DNA of 17,455 bases from Promethearchaeota archaeon (GCA_011364975.1 RDOE01000069.1:1-17455), one strand, 5' to 3'. Positions 6,392 through 15,161 are shown, counted from the first letter of the stretch. Notes: generated from the sequence alone by a model not told the origin. A program made the numbers and translations.

Positions 6392-7633
6392 ATGTCTAAT
6401 AATCAGTCGAGGATCTTAATGAACACAGAATTTAAAAGAACACGCTACCTTTTTCTTGATAATATAAAGGTCCTTTTTACCGTTCTAGTGATTTACTGGC
6501 ATGTAATGGTTACTTATGTAGAAGCAGGTTGGTGGTATTATAAAGAGGTTAATATAGTTGATCCTATAAGTTATATCTTCTTTCTACTTTTAACTTCAAT
6601 TGGAGGTGTGTTTCAAACCTCACTCCTGGGATTATTCTTTTTATTAGGGGGTTATTTTACACCTAAAAGTTATGATCGAAAAGGTGTTTGGAGCTTCTGG
6701 AAAGAACGACTTATTCGTCTTGGTATCCCTCTTCTTTTATATATCGTATTGATTAATCCTATTCTGATTTATAGCCTAGCCAAAATAGGGATTCCTCCCT
6801 GGAATACTTTACCAATGTCACAAGGGTCTTTAATAGATTATTATTTCAGTAGATTTTTCTCATGGGAAGCCTTCATTGACTTTTTATCGTTTGGGGGACC
6901 TATGTGGTTTCTCAGGGTTTTACTCATCTTTACTGCGGTTTATACTCTTTGGCGTCAAATTACCAAATTGGGCCCTGTACAACGAAAAATCCCAAAGCAA
7001 CTTTCTATCCCTCGCTACTCTTATTTACTCCTTTCAGCTCTTGGTCTAGGATGTCTTACTTTTATTGTTCGTATATTCTTACCTATAGATACCCGTCCAT
7101 TGGAAATACCATGGGGTCAACTCATTCAATATCTAATGATGTTCAGCATTGGGGTCATTTGTATTCGGTATCTATGGTTCGAAAAAATGACCAGAAAACA
7201 TGTCAAAATCTGGTTACTTACAATTGTAATTTCACTTATAGTAATTTACATCGATTTTATTATAGCGATTGCAATGGATGTAGATTTAATAGATTTTACA
7301 GGAGGAGCCAGTTTGCATGCTTTCCTATTTGCTATGGTCGATAATGTCATTTCTATGGGAGTTATTTTTATCTTAATTAAGGTTTTTTACGCAAAATTCA
7401 ACAAACAAGGACCTATACTACGGAAATTATCTGCTAGCGCATATCATATGTACCTCGTTCATCCCCTTGTGCTTGTCGCTTTATCCCTTGGATTTGCATC
7501 CTTAAGTCTTCTTCCTATTCTAAAAATAGGCATTGTATTTCCATTAGCAATACTCTTTTGTTATCTAATCAGTCATTATATTATCCAAAAACTACATTGG
7601 GAAAAGCACATAAGAGATTCTCAGAATAATTAG
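6392..7633 (+). CDS. Acyltransferase family 3 membrane protein (OpgC/MdoC-like)
   Basis: R..FLDNIKV...LVI..H, LFFLLGGYF..S..RKG...F...RLIRLGIP, GPMWFL..L and S.SAY.MYLVHP motifs; about 10 TM segments. Confidence 0.9.
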   Translation: MSNNQSRILMNTEFKRTRYLFLDNIKVLFTVLVIYWHVMVTYVEAGWWYYKEVNIVDPISYIFFLLLTSIGGVFQTSLLGLFFLLGGYFTPKSYDRKGVWSFWKERLIRLGIPLLLYIVLINPILIYSLAKIGIPPWNTLPMSQGSLIDYYFSRFFSWEAFIDFLSFGGPMWFLRVLLIFTAVYTLWRQITKLGPVQRKIPKQLSIPRYSYLLLSALGLGCLTFIVRIFLPIDTRPLEIPWGQLIQYLMMFSIGVICIRYLWFEKMTRKHVKIWLLTIVISLIVIYIDFIIAIAMDVDLIDFTGGASLHAFLFAMVDNVISMGVIFILIKVFYAKFNKQGPILRKLSASAYHMYLVHPLVLVALSLGFASLSLLPILKIGIVFPLAILFCYLISHYIIQKLHWEKHIRDSQNN

Positions 7634-7671
7634 AACTATATCTGAAATAAAATTTAGGGCTTACTATAAAA

Positions 7672-7680
7672 TTTTTTTTT
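7672..7680 (+). terminator. Oligo-T archaeal terminator candidate
   Basis: T9 tract 38 nt after the acyltransferase stop. Confidence 0.45.
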
Positions 7681-7826
7681 AATAATTACCTTATCTTACT
7701 TTCTTATTTTTTTTAAAATTCGACTTCAAAAGTAGCGGTTTCGAATAGAATTATTTAGTAGCATTCTCCCCAAATTTTTTGCAATATACCTTGTTAAAGA
7801 AGATCTTATCAGAATATAAACACAAC

Positions 7827-7887
7827 AAAAGGTTTAAATATAAAAAAAGATATTTGTTCTATATCGAACAGTTCGATCTCGAACAAA
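7827..7887 (+). promoter_or_regulatory. BRE/TATA promoter with two tandem 14-bp palindromic operators (probable MarR sites)
   Basis: AAAAGG-TTTAAATA (TATA 7833-7840), then GTTCTATATCGAAC (7856-7869) and GTTCGATCTCGAAC (7871-7884) covering the expected start site. Confidence 0.8.
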
Positions 7888-7914
7888 CAAAATTTATAAA
7901 AAGAGGAATTTAAT

Positions 7915-8253
7915 ATGGTAAATATAATTGCTTATTGCGGAATTAACTGTTCCGAGTGTCCTGCTTATTTAGCCACTCAAAAAGATGATTACGAAGAATT
8001 AAAAAAGGTTGCAAAGGAGTGGTCCAATGAATCGATGTCCTTTAAACCAGAAGAGATTTATTGTGATGGTTGTAACCAGGAGGAATGTATCTTTCGTTGG
8101 TGTAGAGAATGCCCTATAAGAAGCTGTTGTAGAGAGAAAGGTTTTAAAAATTGCGCATATTGTGAGGACTACTTCTGTGATAACTTAAAGATGACCTTTG
8201 ATAAAACTCCTTCAGCAAAAGAGAGACTAGACGAAATTCGAAAAAATTTGTGA
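7915..8253 (+). CDS. DUF3795-like Cys-rich protein
   Basis: IAYCGINCSECPAY...CDGC...C.IRSCC..KG..NCAYC...C pattern typical of DUF3795; GAGG SD. Confidence 0.85.
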   Translation: MVNIIAYCGINCSECPAYLATQKDDYEELKKVAKEWSNESMSFKPEEIYCDGCNQEECIFRWCRECPIRSCCREKGFKNCAYCEDYFCDNLKMTFDKTPSAKERLDEIRKNL

Positions 8254-8287
8254 TAACAAAATTACGTTAAATGAAGAGGCGAAAAGT

Positions 8288-8755
8288 ATGGAGTTAGAAG
8301 AAGTCAAAAAGTTAAGTGTAGAATTAATGCAGACCTCTAAAGCGGCCTATTTAACAACCATTGACGCTGAAGGATATCCTATAACAAGAGCAATGTTTAA
8401 TTTAAGGAATCAGGACCAATTCCCTGAATTCTCAGAGTTCTTTAATGGGTTGGGCAATGAATTCGAAATATATATCTCGACAAATACCTCCTCATCTAAA
8501 ACGGAGCATATTATGAGGAATCCTAAAATTTGTGTTTATTATTGCACCCCCGAAGATTTCAAAGGAGTCATGTTTGGAGGAGAAGGAGACATTATTGGAG
8601 ATATGAATATAAAGAAGAAAATATGGTTAGATTGGTGGGCAAAATATTATCCCAAAGGTTTAATGGATCCAGATTACACCCTTCTTCGATTAAAACCGAA
8701 AATAGCGCACTTTTATTACAGATTAGAAAAGGTCCAATTTGTGCCAGGTGAATGA
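8288..8755 (+). CDS. Pyridoxamine 5'-phosphate oxidase-like FMN-binding split-barrel protein (general stress protein 26-like)
   Basis: LTTID.EGYP.TRAM, STNTSSSK..HI..NPK..VY, W..YYP.G..DPDY.LL motifs. Confidence 0.88.
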   Translation: MELEEVKKLSVELMQTSKAAYLTTIDAEGYPITRAMFNLRNQDQFPEFSEFFNGLGNEFEIYISTNTSSSKTEHIMRNPKICVYYCTPEDFKGVMFGGEGDIIGDMNIKKKIWLDWWAKYYPKGLMDPDYTLLRLKPKIAHFYYRLEKVQFVPGE

Positions 8756-9219
8756 ACATAGAAAATATAAGGGAAGGAGGTTTTTTAATTACAAAAATCC
8801 AGCAATTGTCACAACGAATTTTGGCTAAAATGTTGAAAGAAAATGATATACACGATATTAGTGCCGCCCAAGGTAGAGTACTATTTCCACTTTGGATTGA
8901 AGACGATATTTCCTTCCAAGATCTTAAAAAAAAAACTTTATTGAGCAAGGCAACGTTATCTTATATGCTAGATCAGCTTGAAGAAGCGAGTCAAATAAAG
9001 CGAATTCGCTCAAACGACGATAAAAGAATCATAAACATAAAACTAACTAAAATGGATGAAGATTTAAAGCGAAAATTTTTTCAAGTCTCAAATCAGATGA
9101 AAAACATTTTCTATAAAGACTTTACTGAACAAGAAATTGATGATTTTGAAGAATATTTGGAAAAAGTTTTGGAAAACCTAACCAATTATCGTGATAAAAA
9201 CAAATCAGCAAAAGTTTAG
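8752..9219 (+). CDS. MarR family transcriptional regulator
   Basis: AQGRVLFPLW..D.IS...L...T.LSKATLS.MLDQLE....IKR.....DKR...I.LT winged-helix signature; ATGA overlap with the upstream gene. Confidence 0.92.
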   Translation: MNIENIREGGFLITKIQQLSQRILAKMLKENDIHDISAAQGRVLFPLWIEDDISFQDLKKKTLLSKATLSYMLDQLEEASQIKRIRSNDDKRIINIKLTKMDEDLKRKFFQVSNQMKNIFYKDFTEQEIDDFEEYLEKVLENLTNYRDKNKSAKV

Positions 9220-9234
9220 TAATAATTTTCAATA

Positions 9235-9243
9235 TTTTTTTTT
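9235..9243 (+). terminator. Oligo-T terminator candidate
   Basis: T9 tract 15 nt after the MarR stop, between convergent genes. Confidence 0.5.
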
Positions 9244-9267
9244 AATACTTCTTAATTACCAAAAGTT

Positions 9268-9867
9268 CTAAAATTCAAATTTAGTGAGATGGGGAAGATA
9301 ATTCAAATCAGGTTTTATGTGTACATTTGTATTTCTTATTCTTAACTCTTGCAGATTTATTAGGTGGTTTAGTCCCTTAATTTCTGAGATCGGATTATTA
9401 TTTAGACTTAAAAATTTAAGCTTACTTAACTTTTCTAACCCTTCTATAGTCTCAATTTGATTATCACTTAACTCTAATCTTTCCAAATTTGTTAATGTAT
9501 CTAAACCCTCTATTTTTTTAATCTTATTGAAACTTAAATCGAGGTTTTGTAGTTTTTTTAATTTTATTAAGCCTTTAATTACAGAAATTTGATTCCCTTT
9601 TAACTCTAATTCTTCCAAATTAATGAGTGAATCTAAACCACTAACCTCTGTAATTAGATTCAATTCTAGATGAAGTTTTCTTAAATCCACATTCTTATCT
9701 AAGGAAGTAATTTGGCTTATTTTATTCTTTTCAAGATATAATTCTCTTAAATTCTTGTACTTTTTTAAGCGCTTTATTTCATCTATACGATTAATCCCAA
9801 AGCTCTCTAAATAGATACTATTATTATCAATGAAAACTCTTCTTGTATTTACTTTTACATACTCCAT
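9268..9867 (-). CDS. Leucine-rich repeat protein (SDS22-like 22-residue repeats)
   Basis: About seven repeats of L..L..L..L.L..N.I..I.G, e.g. LDTLTNLERLELSDNQIETIEG; no signal peptide evident. Confidence 0.93.
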   Translation of the reverse strand: MEYVKVNTRRVFIDNNSIYLESFGINRIDEIKRLKKYKNLRELYLEKNKISQITSLDKNVDLRKLHLELNLITEVSGLDSLINLEELELKGNQISVIKGLIKLKKLQNLDLSFNKIKKIEGLDTLTNLERLELSDNQIETIEGLEKLSKLKFLSLNNNPISEIKGLNHLINLQELRIRNTNVHIKPDLNYLPHLTKFEF

Positions 9868-10211
9868 GTAATTATAACAAATATGCGGCTTATTGAATTA
9901 TTCTAGTTAAAAATATAAAACAAATATATTTTTAGACTATAATTTAAAGGATATTCTCTCTTTTGGATAATAGTTTTAATTACATTTAGTAATGGGGTTA
10001 TAATAATTTTGCAAACATTACTAGATAAAAAGCATCTTTGGTTTCATGGTTATTCTCACAAGGAATTTTTTGTTTTTCGGCATGATATTACTTTTAACTT
10101 ACTAATTTCCAAAAACTTTTATATTTCTATAACCATTTTTGATCATTAGATATTGAAAAATCATAAAATATTTAAAAAAACTATAATAATTATATAATTG
10201 AGTTTAAGAAA

Positions 10212-10631
10212 ATGGATGTTATTGATCTTAAAATATTAGAAGAATTAAAAAGCGATAGTCGGATGTCCTTTAATGATATCAGCGAACGAATCGGAAAGAC
10301 CGAAGCAACAGTGAGACGCCGTGTAAAAAAGCTTATGGAAGAAAATGTTATTAAGCGGTTTACTATTGAATATGAGCTTGATACTAAGCCTAAAACTTCC
10401 GCCACCATAAAAGTTGAGCCTGATTTTAAGGATATTAAGCGGATATTAGCTGAATTATCGAAAATTGAAGAAATTACTTCAATTTGGAGACTTTCAGGGG
10501 ATTGTGGATTATTAATGAAAGTTGATATCCCTTCAATAGAACAATTTAATCCGTTAATTGAAGACAAAATTTCTCCAATTCAAGGTATTAAGATTGTGGA
10601 AACTTGCTTTATAACCGATGTAATAAAATAA
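10212..10631 (+). CDS. Lrp/AsnC family transcriptional regulator
   Basis: MD.IDLKIL..L..DSR.SF..I...IG.TEATV.RRVKKL...VI..F HTH followed by a RAM domain (..LSGDC.L.MKV). Confidence 0.93.
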   Translation: MDVIDLKILEELKSDSRMSFNDISERIGKTEATVRRRVKKLMEENVIKRFTIEYELDTKPKTSATIKVEPDFKDIKRILAELSKIEEITSIWRLSGDCGLLMKVDIPSIEQFNPLIEDKISPIQGIKIVETCFITDVIK

Positions 10632-10759
10632 TTCGAGCTATTCCGAAAGATAAATTAAAAAATTTAAATAGTCACCCGTTTTTTAATTTTTTTTGCTACT
10701 AATACGAACAAGAGAAAATTTATTTCTAGAATAAATAATTTCAAATCTTAGTAGCGATT

Positions 10760-10933
10760 ATGAGTAGTGAGTTTAAGTTCAGTATTAATGGAGCTGTCTT
10801 ATCTTGCCCATTTTCACATGCATGTAATCTGCCCCAATCTCAAAATATATGTGGATTTCCAGAATATAAAATTTGTCCTGATTTTGAGACAAAAATACTT
10901 CATTTAAGAAGTAAATCAAGGAATCTTCATTAA
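10760..10933 (+). CDS. Small 4-Cys protein (57 aa; absent from ORF track), possible Zn-binding microprotein
   Basis: Hand translation: MSSEFKFSINGAVLSCPFSHACNLPQSQNICGFPEYKICPDFETKILHLRSKSRNLH*; fills otherwise empty space; CPF-x3-C-x8-C-x7-CPDF. Confidence 0.7.
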   Translation: MSSEFKFSINGAVLSCPFSHACNLPQSQNICGFPEYKICPDFETKILHLRSKSRNLH

Positions 10934-11020
10934 GGATTTTGATAAAGTCGCTCTATTTTACCTATTTTAAAAGGTTTTTGATGTTACATGCAAAATTAAT
11001 TAAAATAGTATCTTCCTTTA

Positions 11021-11713
11021 CTATAAAACCTCAGAACTTGTCAATAAGACCATTATGTAATCCGCAACAGCTTCAATCGAATCCGAAATCGCTTCAATAA
11101 TATCAAATACGTTACCAGCGGTGAAAGCAGTAAAATAATTTACATCATATTTAGTTTCATGAAGACTTTTTCGTAATTTAATATTAAGAATATCTACTTC
11201 GTGTTCATGCTGGTTAATTTGGCTAGCAAATTCTTTAATCTGCTTTCTTTTACCAAGTAGATCAATTACCATTTTATCTAATAAATCCACAGCCTTAACC
11301 GTGTTTTCCATCATTTCTAAAATAATAAGAATAGTTTGCTCACTGCTTTGTTCCCAGAATTCTCCCTCAATGGTAGTGATCCTGCGGGCTACCCCAGTGC
11401 AACAATTTGCCACATCATCCATACGCTTAATCAGATGTGATAAATTTTGACGAACACTTGGATTTAATTCTCCTTTTGAGATGTCTTTTTGAATTTCTCG
11501 CCTTAATTCATCAGCCTCACCTTCCAAAGTATCTACTTTTTCAAAAATTTGATCCGCTTTTTCAGGCTTTTTTTCTTTTAGAAGAACTTTAATTCCTTCG
11601 TCTAAAGTTTTTACGCATTTTTGTACTATTTGTGCATGTTTAATCGATTTTTCCAACGCATTAACTGCAGTTTCCCTTTTTAAAAACTCAATTAAAGATC
11701 CCATTCTTACCAC
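11021..11713 (-). CDS. DUF47 / PhoU-like phosphate transport regulator
   Basis: LEGEADELRREI...R..L..L..RMDDVA and EHEVD.L...EAISDSIE.VAD repeats; adjacent to PiT. Start GTG 11713 or ATG 11704. Confidence 0.9.
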   Translation of the reverse strand: MVRMGSLIEFLKRETAVNALEKSIKHAQIVQKCVKTLDEGIKVLLKEKKPEKADQIFEKVDTLEGEADELRREIQKDISKGELNPSVRQNLSHLIKRMDDVANCCTGVARRITTIEGEFWEQSSEQTILIILEMMENTVKAVDLLDKMVIDLLGKRKQIKEFASQINQHEHEVDILNIKLRKSLHETKYDVNYFTAFTAGNVFDIIEAISDSIEAVADYIMVLLTSSEVL

Positions 11714-11753
11714 TCTTCTTTTTATTAATACATTACATGTTTTTTATCATTTA

Positions 11754-12785
11754 TTAAGATAATCCGAATGAATAGAAACCAAAATAAATCAAACCTGCGA
11801 AAATTGCAGCAATCGGAAAAGTGAGAATCCAATAAGCTCCCATTTTTCCTAATGATTTCTTATCAATTTCTTTTTTCTGTGCAATACTTAACCCAATTAT
11901 ACAAAATACAATAACATGACTATGAGATATGGGCAAGCCAAATAAGGTTGCTATCATTAAAATGATAGCAGAACTAGTTTGCAGAATAAGACCCTCACTA
12001 GGACGGGCTTCAATCATCTGAGAAGCTAAATTTTTTATCACGAATCTAGCTGCAATATAAATTCCAAAACATGCAATAATACCACAAATAACAGCATAAA
12101 AATAATACTCTGCGATATTTAAAGAACCATTAGTTAATAATCCATAAAGGATGCCTAACGCTTCTCCAGAATTCGCGCCAACCCATATTTCCGCAAATAT
12201 AACTGCCGTTAATAATAACCATTTAAATCTTCTCTCAGAGTTTTCTATTTGGTTTAATCCTTTTAGCCGAGATAAATATACCTTAGCTAAAATTTTAAAT
12301 ATTACATATGTTATTAACAATCCAAAAAGCGGAGACAATATCCAACTTATCACTACGTTAAGAAGCTTCTCCCAGTTGAGAGCCGTTTCAGGATTTATTC
12401 CCCCTTGAAATAGAGAATATACTATTAAAACACCCACCACGCTTCCCATTAATGAATGCGTACTACTCAACGGAATTCCTGCAAAACTGCCAATTACTAA
12501 CCATACAATACTACTAATAAGCACTGTAAGTAACATAAACGTAGTATATTGTACTCCTTCTCCTAAAATATCGGCTCCTACCGTTTTAGCAACAAACCCC
12601 CCACTAAAAAATACCATTCCGCTTCCTATCGCGACACCTCCTAAAATTAAAGCTATTCTGAACTTAACAACTCTCGCACCAACTAATGCTGATAGCGTCT
12701 CATCATTAGCTCCAATAGAAAACGCAAGTCCAATTGCTAATACAATTAGAACGACAATAAGTATTGAATTTAAACCATCTGCCAT
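11754..12785 (-). CDS. pit: Inorganic phosphate transporter, PiT/PHO4 family
   Basis: GAND signature, P.SSTHS..GS..G, SW..SP, second repeat GANS, P.SHSH, W..T.P. Confidence 0.92.
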   Translation of the reverse strand: MADGLNSILIVVLIVLAIGLAFSIGANDETLSALVGARVVKFRIALILGGVAIGSGMVFFSGGFVAKTVGADILGEGVQYTTFMLLTVLISSIVWLVIGSFAGIPLSSTHSLMGSVVGVLIVYSLFQGGINPETALNWEKLLNVVISWILSPLFGLLITYVIFKILAKVYLSRLKGLNQIENSERRFKWLLLTAVIFAEIWVGANSGEALGILYGLLTNGSLNIAEYYFYAVICGIIACFGIYIAARFVIKNLASQMIEARPSEGLILQTSSAIILMIATLFGLPISHSHVIVFCIIGLSIAQKKEIDKKSLGKMGAYWILTFPIAAIFAGLIYFGFYSFGLS

Positions 12786-12808
12786 AATAACTCATGATTT
12801 TATAAGCT

Positions 12809-13477
12809 TTATTCAAAAATTAGATATTTAGTAGCAAGAAATTGAATATATTCAGAGAAATCCTTGATATGGTCTGCCAACATCATAATGCCTTCTATTA
12901 ATTCTTTTAAATATATAAAAGTCCTGGATAAGTAATCCATTTCGTAATTATACAGCCGGTTTAGTAAATCCCATTCTTCTTTTCTCATTCTCCGCCGTTC
13001 ATCCTTAATTTCTTCACTTATATCATGAGATTTGCTAAGATCAGTACCGATTGATTTTACAGCTGCTGCTAATAAGTTGGAAATCTTTGTAAGAGATTTT
13101 AAAATACTAGTAATTTGTAATTTAAAATTCTCATCAGGAAATATCGCTTTATATAACAGCATCTTATGGGCTAAATGTTCCCCAATATTCTTAATATCAT
13201 TAATCTTGGTAAAAAGCTTTAAGCGATCCGCCTTTGAAAACATTAGTTTGGATTTAAAGATTTTTGATTCAAACTTCTTTTTTATCTTTACTTCCGTATG
13301 GGTGTCAATTACATAATTCAAATTCTTCGCAAAATTACTAAAATCCTCTTCAACTAAATATTCAATTCCCTTAATCAATCTTAGGTTCTGGGCATTGATC
13401 GTACTCATAAAAAGTTTTGTTAACTCATCAATGCTAAGCTTTTTAAGCTCTTCGTCATCAATTTCCTTCATTTCCAT
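12809..13477 (-). CDS. Divergent DUF47 / PhoU-like protein
   Basis: All-helical, similar length to the other DUF47; DR..L...INDI and E......E...LADHI.D patterns; first gene of the pit operon. Confidence 0.7.
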   Translation of the reverse strand: MEMKEIDDEELKKLSIDELTKLFMSTINAQNLRLIKGIEYLVEEDFSNFAKNLNYVIDTHTEVKIKKKFESKIFKSKLMFSKADRLKLFTKINDIKNIGEHLAHKMLLYKAIFPDENFKLQITSILKSLTKISNLLAAAVKSIGTDLSKSHDISEEIKDERRRMRKEEWDLLNRLYNYEMDYLSRTFIYLKELIEGIMMLADHIKDFSEYIQFLATKYLIFE

Positions 13478-13895
13478 CCTTCAATGATATATATTAATAG
13501 TTTATGAGAGAAGAAATTTCAAATTACTTTAGTATAGAGTAATATAGTTCTATATAATTTAGATTTGAAATATAATTTTATGTTTTGATTATTAATCATT
13601 AAATATAGTCTGAATCACAAACTATTATGCTCCAGCTAAGTAATAGTAAGAAAATGACCATTTTAATTTCTCCTATATAATCTATATATTTTCTAATAGG
13701 CTCTCTTTAGAACAATTGGATTATAGACCTATTTCTGTAAACTTAGATCTGAAACCAAATCGCAGAAATTTTCTTATGATTAATCTACATCCAAATTAAA
13801 CGCATTCTAAATAAAATAAAGTTTAGTTATAACTTAAATAGAGTAGAAATAATTAACATTAATTCTGTTAGAAAACGTGTATTTTAATAAAACAA

Positions 13896-14204
13896 TTAAA
13901 TGAGATTCTTCTCAACTAAAATTTCATTTAATACAATATCCAAATCAATGTCGGAATTCTTAATCTTTTTAACTATTTTTCTTAAGCCATAGTCATTAAG
14001 AAGTAACTCAATCAAATTCTTGTATAAAGCAGCAATATTATCCTTACCCACTTCATAATAAATATCTTCTTCCTTGCCAGCTAATGTGATGTTTAGTACT
14101 TCATATAATCCTTTTATCGCTTCTTTAATGTTATCAAAATTCTGTTCTGCTTTATCTACCATATCATTTGTAAAATTTGTTTGAGTCATTTTTTTCATCA
14201 CCAA
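13896..14204 (-). CDS. Hypothetical helical protein (about 100 aa)
   Basis: Clean ORF with natural composition; TATA-like ATTTAAATA at 14225-14233 suggests a nearly leaderless start (ATG 14198 or 14189 more likely than TTG 14204). Confidence 0.8.
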   Translation of the reverse strand: MVMKKMTQTNFTNDMVDKAEQNFDNIKEAIKGLYEVLNITLAGKEEDIYYEVGKDNIAALYKNLIELLLNDYGLRKIVKKIKNSDIDLDIVLNEILVEKNLI

Positions 14205-14234
14205 GTTACTAGAAGAAACTAGACTATTTAAATC

Positions 14235-14580
14235 CGATCATTATTTGTTAGATTGTGATCAAATGGACATCTGGGATACCCATCCCATATGCCAAAACCC
14301 CAAAATCCGATGATCAAAATTATCAATAAAAGCGATCAATCTCAAGCAAGAAAACTAAAAAAATTTTTTGATTGACGAATATTATACTAATATGATAGCG
14401 AATTTCGACTTTCTCAAGCTTTTCGATCATTTGAGGGTCGAATTATTATGAAAAAACTAAATATTTGAGGATTTGATATCAATATTACTCTATTAAAAAA
14501 AGAAGAGATATAAGCTTTAAATATCAAAATACATATTCTAATGATCAAAAATTCTATTCGAACCTTTTTATAACCGATCT
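14235..14580. repeat. Cluster of seven YGATC(A/T) motifs in a divergent promoter region
   Basis: GATC at 14236, 14257, 14312, 14334, 14425, 14543 and 14576; six are followed by A. Confidence 0.6.
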
Positions 14581-14813
14581 ATTCAATTATTATTATTTCT
14601 ATAGAAAACGCAAATTAAAATTGTCATCAAACTCCCACTTAATGCGTTATTAATCGCATTGCATAATTGATAAAAAAAGAATTGCTCCTATCAATTTGTG
14701 GTTAAGAACGGAAAATATTAAATATATAAGAAGAATTAGTGAGTAATACTGTATGGATTTTAAATCTATACAGATGCGAATCCAAAATTATAAATAGTAA
14801 AGTGACTCAAAAA

Positions 14814-15128
14814 ATGCTTTTCATAACGTATTGGGAATTAAATCCAGATTTTGATCCCTCAGAGTTAGCTGAAATTGCTCAAACGCTCATGAGTAAGAAA
14901 CTCTATCCAGTCGAAGGTGTCAAACAAATAGGCTTTTATGTTAGCACATCAGATTATTGGGGAATTACAATAGAAGAAGCTCAGAATGAGGAACAAATGG
15001 CTAAAGGCTCAATGATGTGGAGATTGGCTAAACCAGGTTATATTAAGGTTATGAAAACAACTCCTGCCATGGACGCTACTAAAATAATCCCTCTAGTAAT
15101 GAAATTGAAAAAAGAAATAAAGGGTTAG
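14814..15128 (+). CDS. DUF3303-like small alpha/beta protein
   Basis: MLFITYWE...P.EGVK.IG.Y......GITI.EA......W......TPA pattern; ATG at 14814 (104 aa) preferred over the track's GTG at 14739. Confidence 0.75.
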   Translation: MLFITYWELNPDFDPSELAEIAQTLMSKKLYPVEGVKQIGFYVSTSDYWGITIEEAQNEEQMAKGSMMWRLAKPGYIKVMKTTPAMDATKIIPLVMKLKKEIKG

Positions 15129-15161
15129 AGTTAAGTTAATTCTATATAATTATAAAATTTC

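Noticed and set aside
6904-7344. 146-aa plus-strand ORF
   Set aside because: Alternate frame inside the acyltransferase gene; its Cys/Tyr/Ser-rich composition is the typical shadow of a hydrophobic protein.
8530-8948. 73-aa (+) and 118-aa (-) ORFs
   Set aside because: Overlap the well-supported PNPOx-like and MarR genes.
10190-10567. 125-aa minus-strand ORF
   Set aside because: Antisense shadow of the Lrp/AsnC gene.
12151-13316. 85-aa and 94-aa plus-strand ORFs
   Set aside because: Antisense shadows of pit and the DUF47-like gene.
14225-14580. CRISPR array or replication origin as explanation for the GATC-rich regions
   Set aside because: No repeats of 23 bp or more with regular spacers, no ORB-like G-string boxes, and no cas or cdc6 gene nearby.
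14641-14660. Dyad AATGCG-N8-CGCATT upstream of the DUF3303-like gene
   Set aside because: Only 6-bp arms, a single occurrence and no supporting context; could be chance.
14739-14813. 25-codon N-terminal extension of the DUF3303-like ORF in the track
   Set aside because: The family-like sequence begins at MLFITYWE (ATG 14814); the extension contains TATA-like sequence.
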